Positions 22,801 through 34,871 of a stretch of DNA of 64,000 bases are shown here, one piece after another. The notes under the pieces are model-generated. The model searched no databases. It was not told where the DNA came from and saw nothing but the letters and a program-made list of their open reading frames with translations. A program made the translations under genes and the position numbers. Origin of the DNA: the human T2T-CHM13v2.0 reference genome, Homo sapiens; NCBI RefSeq assembly GCF_009914755.1, contig NC_060947.1; one strand, written 5' to 3'. Position 1 is the stretch's first letter. Every line of letters begins with the position of its first letter.

Positions 22801-25800
22801 TCATCACAGAGCAGTTTCTGAGAAGGCTTCTATGTCGTTTTTAGGAGAAGATATTTCCTTTTCCAACACAGTCCTCCAAGCCCGCTAAATATCCACTTGC
22901 ACATTGTAGAAAAAGTGTGTCGAAGCTGCGCTATCAAAGGGAAAGTTCAACTCTGTGAGGTGAATGCAAACATCCCAAAGAAGTTTCTGAGAATGCTTCC
23001 GTTTAGCTTTTAGGTGAAGATTATCCCGTTTCCAACGAAAGCTTCAAAGAGGTCCAAATATCCCCTTGCGGATCCCACAGAAAGAGTGTTTCGAAACTGC
23101 TGTTTCAAAAGGAATCTTCAACTCTGTGAGTTGAATGCAATCATCACAAAGAAGTTTCTGACAATGCTTCTCTCTCGTCTTTCTGTGAAGATAAAGGAAA
23201 AGGCTTTCAGGCCTTTTCCACCACAGGCCTGAAAGCGCTCCAAATGTCCACTTGCAGATTCTGCCAAAAGAATATTTCAAAACTGCTCTATGAAAAGCAA
23301 TGTTAAACTCTGCAGCTCGAACACAAACATCACAAAGCAGTTTCTGAGAATGCTTCAGTTTAGTTTTTCTGTGGAAATATTCCCGTTTCCAAAGAAATCT
23401 TCAAAGAGGTCCACGTATCCACTTACAGATTCTACAAAAAGACAGTTTCAAAACTGCTCAATCAAAAGGAGGGTTCAACTGTGTGACTTGAATGCAATCA
23501 TCACTCAGAAGTTTCTGAGAATGCTTCTCTTTAGTTTTTACGTGAACATATACCCGTTTCGAACGATGGCCACCCAGTGGTCCAAATATCCACTTGCAGA
23601 TTCTACAGAAAGAGTGTTTCGAACCTGAACTCTCAAAGGCAGGTTCATCTCTGCGAGTTAAATGCATTCGTCATGAAGAACTTTCTCAGCGTGTTTGTGT
23701 TTAGTTATGGGAAATTATTCCCGTTCCCAACGAAATCCTCAGAGAGGTCCAAATGTCCACCTGCAGATTCTACCAAAAGTGTATTTGGAAACTGCTCCAT
23801 CAACAGGCATGTTCAGCTCTGTGAGTGAAACTCCATCATCACAAAGAACATTCTGAGAATGCTTCCGTTTGCCTTTTATATGAAGTTCCTTCCTATACGA
23901 CCGTAGGCCTCAAAGCAGTCCAAATCTCCATTTGCAGATTCTACAAAAAGAGTGATTCCAATCTGCTCTATCAATAGGATTGTTCAACTCCATGAGTTGA
24001 ATGCCATCCTCACAAAGTCGTTTCTGAGAATGCTTCTATCTAGTTTTTATGTGAAGATATTTCCTTTTGCACCACAGGCCTCAAAGCCCTCCAAACGTCC
24101 ACTTGCACATTCTCGAAAAAGACTGTTTCATAGCTGCTCTTTCAAAAGGAAAGTTCAACTCTGGGAGTTGAATACAAACATCACAAAGTAATTTCCGAGA
24201 ATGCTTCTGTTTAGTTCTTATGTGAAGATGATCCCGTTTCCAGTGAAATCTTCAAAGAGGTCCACATATCCCCTTGCAGATTCCAAAGAAAGAGGGTTTC
24301 AAAACTGCTCCATCAAAAGGATTGTTCAACTCTGTGAGTTGAATGCAGTCATCGCAGAAAACTTTCTGAGAATGCTTCTGTCTAGGTTTGATGTGAAGAT
24401 ATAGACGTTTCAAACGAAGGCTACAAAGTGGTCAAAATATACACTTGCAGATTCTACTACAAGGGTGTTGCAAACCTGAACTATCAAAGGAAGGTTCAAC
24501 TCTGTGGGTTGAATACAAACATCGCAAAGAATGCTCTGAGTTTGCTTCCGTTCAGTTATGGGAAGTTGATCCCCTTCCCAACGAAATCCTCAGAGAGGTC
24601 CAAATATCCCCTTGCAGATTCTACAAAACGTGTGTTTGGAAACTGCTCCATCATAACGAATGTTCAGCTCTCTGAGTTAAACTCCATCGTCACAAAGAAT
24701 TTTCTGAGAGTGCTACCGTCTAGTTTTTATATGAAGTTCTTTCCTTTACTACCACGGGCCTCAAAGCGGTCCAAATCTCCACTTGCAGATTCTACAAAAA
24801 GAGTGTCTGCAAACTGCTCTATCAAAAGGAATGTTCAACTCTGGGAGTTGAATGCAATCATCACAGAGCAGTTTCTGAGAAGGCTTCTATGTCGTTTTTA
24901 GGAGAAGATATTTCCTTTTCCAACACAGTCCTCCAAGCCCGCTAAATATCCACTTGCACATTGTAGAAAAAGTGTGTCGAAGCTGCGCTATCAAAGGGAA
25001 AGTTCAACTCTGTGAGGTGAATGCAAACATCCCAAAGAAGTTTCTGAGAATGCTTCCGTTTAGCTTTTAGGTGAAGATTATCCCGTTTCCAACGAAACCT
25101 TCAAAGAGGTCCAAATATCCCCTTGCGGATCCCACAGAAAGAGTGTTTCGAAACTGCTGTTTCAAAAGGAATCTTCAACTCTGTGAGTTGAATGCAATCA
25201 TCACAAAGAAGTTTCTGACAATGCTTCTCTCTCGTCTTTCTGTGAAGATAAAGGAAAAGGCTTTCAGGCCTTTTCCACCACAGGCCTGAAAGCGCTCCAA
25301 ATGTCCACTTGCAGATTCTGCCAAAAGAATATTTCAAAACTGCTCTATGAAAAGCAATGTTAAACTCTGCAGCTCGAACACAAACATCACAAAGCAGTTT
25401 CTGAGAATGCTTCAGTTTAGTTTTTCTGTGGAAATATTCCCGTTTCCAAAGAAATCTTCAAAGAGGTCCACGTATCCACTTACAGATTCTACAAAAAGAC
25501 AGTTTCAAAACTGCTCAATCAAAAGGAGGGTTCAACTGTGTGACTTGAATGCAATCATCACTCAGAAGTTTCTGAGAATGCTTCTCTTTAGTTTTTACGT
25601 GAACATATACCCGTTTCGAACGATGGCCACCCAGTGGTCCAAATATCCACTTGCAGATTCTACAGAAAGAGTGTTTCGAACCTGAACTCTCAAAGGCAGG
25701 TTCATCTCTGCGAGTTAAATGCATTCGTCATGAAGAACTTTCTCAGCGTGTTTGTGTTTAGTTATGGGAAATTATTCCCGTTCCCAACGAAATCCTCAGA

Positions 25801-28800
25801 GAGGTCCAAATGTCCACCTGCAGATTCTACCAAAAGTGTATTTGGAAACTGCTCCATCAACAGGCATGTTCAGCTCTGTGAGTGAAACTCCATCATCACA
25901 AAGAACATTCTGAGAATGCTTCCGTTTGCCTTTTATATGAAGTTCCTTCCTATACGACCGTAGGCCTCAAAGCAGTCCAAATCTCCATTTGCAGATTCTA
26001 CAAAAAGAGTGATTCCAATCTGCTCTATCAATAGGATTGTTCAACTCCATGAGTTGAATGCCATCCTCACAAAGTCGTTTCTGAGAATGCTTCTATCTAG
26101 TTTTTATGTGAAGATATTTCCTTTTCCACCACAGGCCTCAAAGCCCTCCAAACGTCCACTTGCACATTCTCGAAAAAGACTGTTTCATAGCTGCTCTTTC
26201 AAAAGGAAAGTTCAACTCTGGGAGTTGAATACAAACATCACAAAGTAGTTTCCGAGAATGCTTCTCTTTAGTTCTTATGTGAAGATGATCCCGTTTCCAG
26301 TGAAATCTTCAAAGAGGTCCACATATCCCCTTGCAGATTCCAAAGAAAGAGGGTTTCAAAACTGCTCCATCAAAAGGATTGTTCAACTCTGTGAGTTGAA
26401 TGCAGTCATCGCAGAAAACTTTCTGAGAATGCTTCTGTCTAGGTTTGATGTGAAGATATAGACGTTTCAAACGAAGGCTACAAAGTGGTCAAAATATACA
26501 CTTGCAGATTCTACTACAAGGGTGTTGCAAACCTGAACTATCAAAGGAAGGTTCAACTCTGTGGGTTGAATACAAACATCGCAAAGAATGCTCTGAGTTT
26601 GCTTCCGTTCAGTTATGGGAAGTTGATCCCCTTCCCAACGAAATCCTCAGAGAGGTCCAAATATCCCCTTGCAGATTCTACAAAACGTGTGTTTGGAAAC
26701 TGCTCCATCATAACGAATGTTCAGCTCTCTGAGTTAAACTCCATCGTCACAAAGAATTTTCTGAGAGTGCTACCGTCTAGTTTTTATATGAAGTTCTTTC
26801 CTTTACTACCACGGGCCTCAAAGCGGTCCAAATCTCCACTTGCAGATTCTACAAAAAGAGTGTCTGCAAACTGCTCTATCAAAAGGAATGTTCAACTCTG
26901 GGAGTTGAATGCAATCATCACAGAGCAGTTTCTGAGAAGGCTTCTATGTCGTTTTTAGGAGAAGATATTTCCTTTTCCAACACAGTCCTCCAAGCCCGCT
27001 AAATATCCACTTGCACATTGTAGAAAAAGTGTGTCGAAGCTGCGCTATCAAACGGAAAGTTCAACTCTGTGAGGTGAATGCAAACATCCCAAAGAAGTTT
27101 CTGAGAATGCTTCCGTTTAGCTTTTAGGTGAAGATTATCCCGTTTCCAACGAAAGCTTCAAAGAGGTCCAAATATCCCCTTGCGGATCCCACAGAAAGAG
27201 TGTTTCGAAACTGCTGTTTCAAAAGGAATGTTCAACTCTGTGAGTTGAATGCAATCATCACAAAGAAGTTTCTGACAATGCTTCTCTCTCGTCTTTCTGT
27301 GAAGATAAAGGAAAAGGCTTTCAGGCCTTTTCCACCACAGGCCTGAAAGCGCTCCAAATGTCCACTTGCAGATTCTGCCAAAAGAATATTTCAAAACTGC
27401 TCTATGAAAAGCAATCTTAAACTCTGCGGCTCGAACACAAACATCACAAAGCAGTTTCTGAGAATGCTTCAGTATAGTTTTTCTGTGGAAATATTCCCGT
27501 TTCCAAAGAAATCTTCAAAGAGGTCCACGTATCCACTTACAGATTCTACAAAAAGACAGTTTCAAAACTGCTCAATCAAAAGGAGGGTTCAACTGTGTGA
27601 CTTGAATGCAATCATCACTCAGAAGTTTCTGAGAATGCTTCTCTTTAGTTTTTACGTGAACATATACCCGTTTCGAACGAAGGCCAACCAGTGGTCCAAA
27701 TATCCACTTGCAGATTCTATAGAAAGAGTGTTTCGAACCTGAACTCTCAAAGGCAGGTTCATCTCTGCGAGTTAAATGCATTCGTCATGAAGAACTTTCT
27801 CAGCGTGTTTGTGTTTAGCTGTGGGAAATTATTCCCGTTCCCAACGAAATCCTCAGAGAGGTCCAAATGTCCACCTGCAGATTCTACCAAAAGTGTATTT
27901 GGAAACTGCTCCATCAAAAGGCGTGTTCAGCTCTGTGAGTGAAACTCCATCATCACAAAGAATATTCTGAGAATGCTTCCGTTTGCCTTTTATATGAAGT
28001 TCCTTCCTATACGACCGCAGGCCTCAAAGCAGTCCAAATCTCCATTTGCAGATTCTACAAAAAGAGTGATTCCAATCTGCTCTATCAATAGGATTGTTCA
28101 ACTCCATGAGTTGAATGCCATCCTCACAAAGTCGTTTCTCAGAATGCTTCTATCTAGTTTTTATGTGAAGATATTTCCTTTTCCACCACAGGCCTCAAAG
28201 CCCTCCAAACGTCCACTTGCAGATTCTCGAAAAAGAGTGTTTCATAGCTGCTCTTTCAAAAGGAAAGTTCAACTCTGGGAGTTGAATACAAACATCACAA
28301 AGTAGTTTCTGAGAATGCTTCTGTTTAGTTCTTATGTGAAGATGATCCCGTTTCCAGTGAAATCTTCAAAGAGGTCCACATATCCCCTTGCAGATTCCAA
28401 AGAAAGAGGGTTTCAAAACTGCTCCATCAAAAGGATTGTTCAACTCTGTGAGTTGAATGCAGTCATCGCAGAAAAGTTTCTGAGAATGCTTCTGTCTAGG
28501 TTTGATGTGAAGATATAGACGTTTCAAACGAAGGCTACAAAGTGGTCAAAATATACACTTGCAGATTGTACTACAAGGGTGTTGCAAACCTGAACTATCA
28601 AAGGAAGGTTCAACTCTGTGGGTTGAATACAAACATCGCAAAGAATGTTCTGAGTTTGCTTCCGTTCAGTTATGGGAAGTTGATCCCCTTCCCAACGAAA
28701 TCCTCACAGAGGTCCAAATATCCCCTTGCAGATTCTACAAAACGTGTGTTTGGAAACTGCTCCATCATAACGAATGTTCAGCTCTCTGAGTTAAACTCCA

Positions 28801-31800
28801 TCGTCACAAAGAATTTTCTGAGAGTGCTACCGTCTAGTTTTTATATGAAGTTCTTTCCTTTACTACCACAGGCCTCAAAGCGGTCCAAATCTCCACTTGC
28901 AGATTCTACAAAAAGAGTGTCTGCAAACTGCTCTATCAAAAGGAATGTTCAACTCTGGGAGTTGAATGCAATCATCACAGAGCAGTTTCTGAGAATGCTT
29001 CTATGTCGTTTTTAGGAGAAGATATTTCCTATTCCAACACAGTCCTCCAAGCCCGCTAAATATCCACTTGCACATTGTAGAAAAAGTGTGTCGAAGCTGC
29101 GCTATCAAAGGGAAAGTTCATCTCTGTGAGGTGAATGCAAACATCCCAAAGAAGTTTCTGAGAATGCTTCCGTTTAGCTTTTACCTGAAGATTATCCCGT
29201 GTCCAACGAAAGCTTCAAAGAGGTCCAAATATCCCCTTGCGGATCCCACAGAAAGAGTGTTTCGAAACTGCTGTTTCAAAAGGAATCTTCAACTCTGTGA
29301 GTTGAATGCAATCATCACAAAGAAGTTTCTGACAATGCTTCTCTCTCGTCTTTCTGTGAAGATAAAGGAAAAGGCTTTCAGGCCTTTTCCACCACAGGCC
29401 TGAAAGCGCTCCAAATGTCCACTTGCAGATTCTGCCAAAAGAATATTTCAAAACTGCTCTATGAAAAGCAATGTTAAACTCTGCGGCTCGAACACAAACA
29501 TCACAAAGCAGTTTCTGAGAATGCTTCAGTTTAGTTTTTCTGTGGAAATATTCCCGTTTCCAAAGAAATCTTCAAAGAGGTCCACGTATCCACTTACAGA
29601 TTCTACAAAAAGACAGTTTCAAAACTGCTCAATCAAAAGGAGGGTTCAACTGTGTGACTTGAATGCAATCATCACTCAGAAGTTTCTGAGAATGCTTCTC
29701 TTTAGTTTTTACGTGAACATATACCCGTTTCGAACGAAGGCCACCCAGTGGTCCAAATATCCACTTGCAGATTCTACAGAAAGAGTGTTTCGAACCTGAA
29801 CTCTCAAAGGCAGGTTCATCTCTGCGAGTTAAATGCATTCGTCATGAAGAACTTTCTCAGCGTGTTTGTGTTTAGTTATGGGAAATTATTCCCGTTCCCA
29901 AAGAAATCCTCAGAGAGGTCCAAATGTCCACCTGCAGATTCTACCAAAAGTGTATTTGGAAACTGCTCCATCAACAGGCATGTTCAGCTCTGTGAGTGAA
30001 ACTCCATCATCACAAAGAACATTCTGAGAATGCTTCCGTTTGCCTTTTATATGAAGTTCCTTCCTATACGACCGTAGGCCTCAAAGCAGTCCAAATCTCC
30101 ATTTGCAGATTCTACAAAAAGAGTGATTCCAATCTGCTCTATCAATAGGATTGTTCAACTCCATGAGTTGAATGCCATCCTCACAAAGTCGTTTCTGAGA
30201 ATGCTTCTATCTAGTTTTTATGTGAAGATATTTCCTTTTCCACCACAGGCCTCAAAGCCCTCCAAACGTCCACTTGCACATTCTCGAAAAAGAGTGTTTC
30301 ATAGCTGCTCTTTCAAAAGGAAAGTTCAACTCTGGGAGTTGAATACAAACATCACAAAGTAGTTTCCGAGAATGCTTCTGTTTAGTTCTTATGTGAAGAT
30401 GATCCCGTTTCCAGTGAAATCTTCAAAGAGGTCCACATATCCCCTTGCAGATTCCAAAGAAAGAGGGTGTCAAAACTGCTCCAACAAAAGGATTGTTCAA
30501 CTCTGTGAGTTGAATGCAGTCATCGCAGAAAACTTTCTGAGAATGCTTCTGTCTAGGTTTGATGTGAAGATATAGACGTTTCAAACGAAGGCTACAAAGT
30601 GGTCAAAATATACACTTGCAGATTCTACTACAAGGGTGTTGCAAACCTGAACTATCAAAGGAAGGTTCAACTCTGTGGGTTGAATACAAACATCGCAACG
30701 AATGCTCTGAGTTTGCTTCCGTTCAGTTATGGGAAGTTGATCCCCTTCCCAACGAAATCCTCAGAGAGGTCCAAATATCCCCTTGCAGATTCTTCAAAAC
30801 GTGTGTTTGGAAACTGCTCCATCATAACGAATGTTCAGCTCTCTGAGTTAAACTCCATCGTCACAAAGAATTTTCTGAGAGTGCTACCGTCTAGTTTTTA
30901 TATGAAGTTCTTTCCTTTACTACCACGGGCCTCAAAGCGGTCCAAATCTCCACTTGCAGATTCTACAAAAAGAGTGTCTGCAAACTGCTCTATCAAAAGG
31001 AATGTTCAACTCTGGGAGTTGAATGCAATCATCACAGAGCAGTTTCTGAGAAGGCTTCTATGTCGTTTTTAGGAGAAGATATTTCCTTTTCCAACACAGT
31101 CCTCCAAGCCCGCTAAATATCCACTTGCACATTGTAGAAAAAGTGTGTCGAAGCTGCGCTATCAAAGGGAAAGTTCAACTCTGTGAGGTGAATGCAAACA
31201 TCCCAAAGAAGTTTCTGAGAATGCTTCCGTTTAGCTTTTAGGTGAAGATTATCCCGTTTCCAACGAAAGCTTCAAAGAGGTCCAAATATCCCCTTGCGGA
31301 TCCCACAGAAAGAGTGTTTCGAAACTGCTGTTTCAAAAGGAATCTTCAACTCTGTGAGTTGAATGCAATCATCACAAAGAAGTTTCTGACAATGCTTCTC
31401 TCTCGTCTTTCTGTGAAGATAAAGGAAAAGGCTTTCAGGCCTTTGCCACCACAGGCCTGAAAGCGCTCCAAATGTCCACTTGCAGATTCTGCCAAAAGAA
31501 TATTTCAAAACTGCTCTATGAAAAGCAATGTTAAACTCTGCGGCTCGAACACAAACATCACAAAGCAGTTTCTGAGAATGCTTCAGTTTAGTTTTTCTGT
31601 GGAAATATTCCCGTTTCCAAAGAAATCTTCAAAGAGGTCCACGTATCCACTTACAGATTCTACAAAAAGACAGTTTCAAAACTGCTCAATCAAAAGGAGG
31701 GTTCAACTGTGTGACTTGAATGCAATCATCACTCAGAAGTTTCTGAGAATGCTTCTCTTTAGTTTTTACGTGAACATATACCCGTTTCGAACAAAGGCCA

Positions 31801-33308
31801 CCCAGTGGTCCAAATATCCACTTGCAGATTGTACAGAAAGAGTGTTTCGAACCTGAACTCTCAAAGGCAGGTTCATCTCTGCGAGTTAAATGCATTCATC
31901 ATGAAGAACTTTCTCAGAGTGTTTGTGTTTAGTTATGGGAAATTATTCCCGTTCCCAACGAAATCCTCAGAGAGGTCCAAATGTCCACCTGCAGATTCTA
32001 CCAAAAGTGTATTTGGAAACTGCTCCATCAACAGGCATGTTCAGCTCTGTGAGTGAAACTCCATCATCACAAAGAATATTCTGAGAATGCTTCCGTTTGC
32101 CTTTTATATGAAGTTCCTTCCTATACGACCGTAGGCCTCAAAGCAGTCCAAATCTCCATTTGCAGATTCTACAAAAAGAGTGATTCCAATCTGCTCTATC
32201 AATAGGATTGTTCAACTCCATGAGTTGAATGCCATCCTCACAAAGTCGTTTCTGAGAATGCTTCTATCTAGTTTTTATGTGAAGATATTTCCTTTTCCAC
32301 CACAGGCCTCAAAGCCCTCCAAACGTCCACTTGCAGATTCTCGAAAAAGAGTGTTTCATAGCTGCTCTTTCAAAAGGAAAGTTCAACTCTGGGAGTTGAA
32401 TACAAACATCACAAAGTAGTTTCCGAGAATGCTTCTGTTTAGTTTTTATGTGAAGATGATCCCGTTTCCAGTGAAATCTTCAAAGAGGTCCACATATCCC
32501 CTTGCAGATTCCAAAGAAAGAGGGTTTCAAAACTGCTCCATCAGAAGGATTGTTCAACTCTGTGAGTTGAATGCAGTCATCGCAGAAAACTTTCTGAGAA
32601 TGCTTCTGTCTAGGTTTGATGTGAAGATATAGACGTTTCAAACGAAGGCTACAAAGTGGTCAAAATATACACTTGCAGATTCTACTACAAGGGTGTTGCA
32701 AACCTGAACTATCAAAGGAAGGTTCAACTCTGTGAGTTGAATACAAACATCACAAAGAATGTTCTGAGTTTGCTTCCGTTCAGTTATGGGAAGTTGATCC
32801 CGTTTCCAACGAAATCCTCAGAGAGGTCCAAATATCCCCTTGCAGATTCTACAAAACGTGTGTTTGGAAACTGCTCCATCATAACGAATGTTCAGCTCCC
32901 TGAGTTAAACTCCATCGTCACAAAGAATTTTCTGAGAGTGCTACCGTCTGGTTTTTATATGAAGTTCTTTCCTTGACTACCACAGGCCTCAAAGTGGTCC
33001 AAATCTCCACTTGCAGATTCTACAAAAAGAGTGTTTGCAAACTGCTCTATCAAAAGGAATGTTCAACTCTGGGAGTTGAATGCAATCATCACAGAGCAGT
33101 TTCTGAGAATGCTTCTATGTCGTTTTTAGGAGAAGATATTTCCTTTTCCAACACAGTCCTCCAAGCCCGCTAAATAGCCACTTGCACATTGTAGAAAAAG
33201 TGTGTCAAAGCTGCGCTATCAAAGGGAAAGTTCAACTCTGTGAGGTGAATGCAAACATCCCAAAGAAGTTTCTGAGAATGCTTCCGTTTAGCTTTTAGGT
33301 GAAGATTA

Positions 33309-33325
33309 TCCCGTTTCCAACGAAA
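33309..33325 (-). promoter_or_regulatory. CENP-B box, consensus match (BamHI monomer; representative copy)
   Basis: Plus-strand TCCCGTTTCCAACGAAA is the reverse complement of TTTCGTTGGAAACGGGA, which matches YTTCGTTGGAARCGGGA. Confidence 0.92.
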
Positions 33326-33836
33326 CCTTCAAAGAGGTCCAAATATCCCCTTGCGGATCCCACAGAAAGAGTGTTTCGAAACTGCTGTTTCAAAAGGAAT
33401 CTTCAACTCTGTGAGTTGAATGCAATCATCACAAAGAAGTTTCTGACAATGCTTCTCTCTCGTCTTTCTGTGAAGATAAAGGAAAAGGCTTTCAGGCCTT
33501 TGCCACCACAGGCCTGAAAGCGCTCCAAATGTCCACTTGCAGATTCTGCCAAAAGAATATTTCAAAACTGCTCTATGAAAAGCAATGTTAAACTCTGCGG
33601 CTCGAACACAAACATCACAAAGCAGTTTCTGAGAATGCTTCAGTTTAGTTTTTCTGTGGAAATATTCCCGTTTCCAAAGAAATCTTCAAAGAGGTCCACG
33701 TATCCACTTACAGATTCTACAAAAAGACAGTTTCAAAACTGCTCCATCAAAAGGAGGGTTCAACTGTGTGACTTGAATGCAATCATCACTCAGAAGTTTC
33801 TGAGAATGCTTCTCTTTAGTTTTTACGTGAACATAT

Positions 33837-33853
33837 ACCCGTTTCGAACGAAG
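33837..33853 (-). promoter_or_regulatory. CENP-B box with intact 9-bp core (representative copy)
   Basis: Plus-strand ACCCGTTTCGAACGAAG fits NCCCGNNTNNNNCGAAN, the reverse complement of the core NTTCGNNNNANNCGGGN. Confidence 0.8.
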
Positions 33854-34003
33854 GCCAACCAGTGGTCCAAATATCCACTTGCAGATTCTACAGAAAGAGT
33901 GTTTCCAACCTGAACTCTCAAAGGCAGGTTCATCTCTGCGAGTTAAATGCATTCATCATGAAGAACTTTCTCAGCGTGTTTGTGTTTAGTTATGGGAAAT
34001 TAT

Positions 34004-34020
34004 TCCCGTTTCCAACGAAA
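34004..34020 (-). promoter_or_regulatory. CENP-B box, consensus match (GGAAATTATT monomer; representative copy, broken in most HORs left of 32 kb)
   Basis: Plus strand reads TCCCGTTTCCAACGAAA here, versus TCCCGTTCCCAACGAAA at 1120 and most other left-hand copies. Confidence 0.9.
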
Positions 34021-34854
34021 TCCTCAGAGAGCTCCAAATATCCACCTGCAGATTCTACCAAAAGTGTATTTGGAAACTGCTCCATCAAAAGGCATGTTCA
34101 GCTCTGTGAGTGAAACTCCATCATCACAAAGAATATTCTGAGAATGCTTCCGTTTGCCTTTTATATGAACTTCCTTCCTGTACCACCGTAGGCCTCAAAG
34201 CAGTCCAAATCTCCATTTGCAGATTCTACAAAAAGAGTGATTCCAATCTGCTCTATCAATAGGATTGTTCAACGCCATGAGTTGAATGCCATCCTCACAA
34301 AGTCGTTTCTGAGAATGCTTCTATCTAGTTTTTATGTGAAGATATTTCCTTTTCCACCACAGGCCTCAAAGCCCTCCAAACGTCCACTTGCAGATTCTCG
34401 AAAAAGAGTGTTTCATAGCTGCTCTTTCAAAAGGAAAGTTCAACTCTGGGAGTTGAATACAAACATCACAAAGTAGTTTCCGAGAATGCTTCTGTTTAGT
34501 TTTTATGTGAAGATGATCCCGTTTCCAGTGAAATCTTCAAAGAGGTCCACATATCCCCTTGCAGATTCCAAAGAAAGAGGGTTTCAAAACTGCTCCATCA
34601 GAAGGATTGTTCAACTCTGTGAGTTGAATGCAGTCATCGCAGAAAACTTTCTGAGAATGCTTCTGTCTAGGTTTGATGTGAAGATATAGACGTTTCAAAC
34701 GAAGGCTACAAAGTGGTCAAAATATACACTTGCAGATTGTACTACAAGGGTGTTGCAAACCTGAACTATCAAAGGAAGGTTCAACTCTGTGGGTTGAATA
34801 CAAACATCGCAAAGAATGTTCTGAGTTTGCTTCCGTTCAGTTATGGGAAGTTGA

Positions 34855-34871
34855 TCCCGTTTCCAACGAAA
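34855..34871 (-). promoter_or_regulatory. CENP-B box, consensus match (GGAAGTTGAT monomer; representative copy, broken in all HORs left of 32 kb)
   Basis: Plus strand reads TCCCGTTTCCAACGAAA here, versus TCCCGTTCCC... at 1971 and TCCCCTTCCC... at 16342-30741. Confidence 0.9.
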
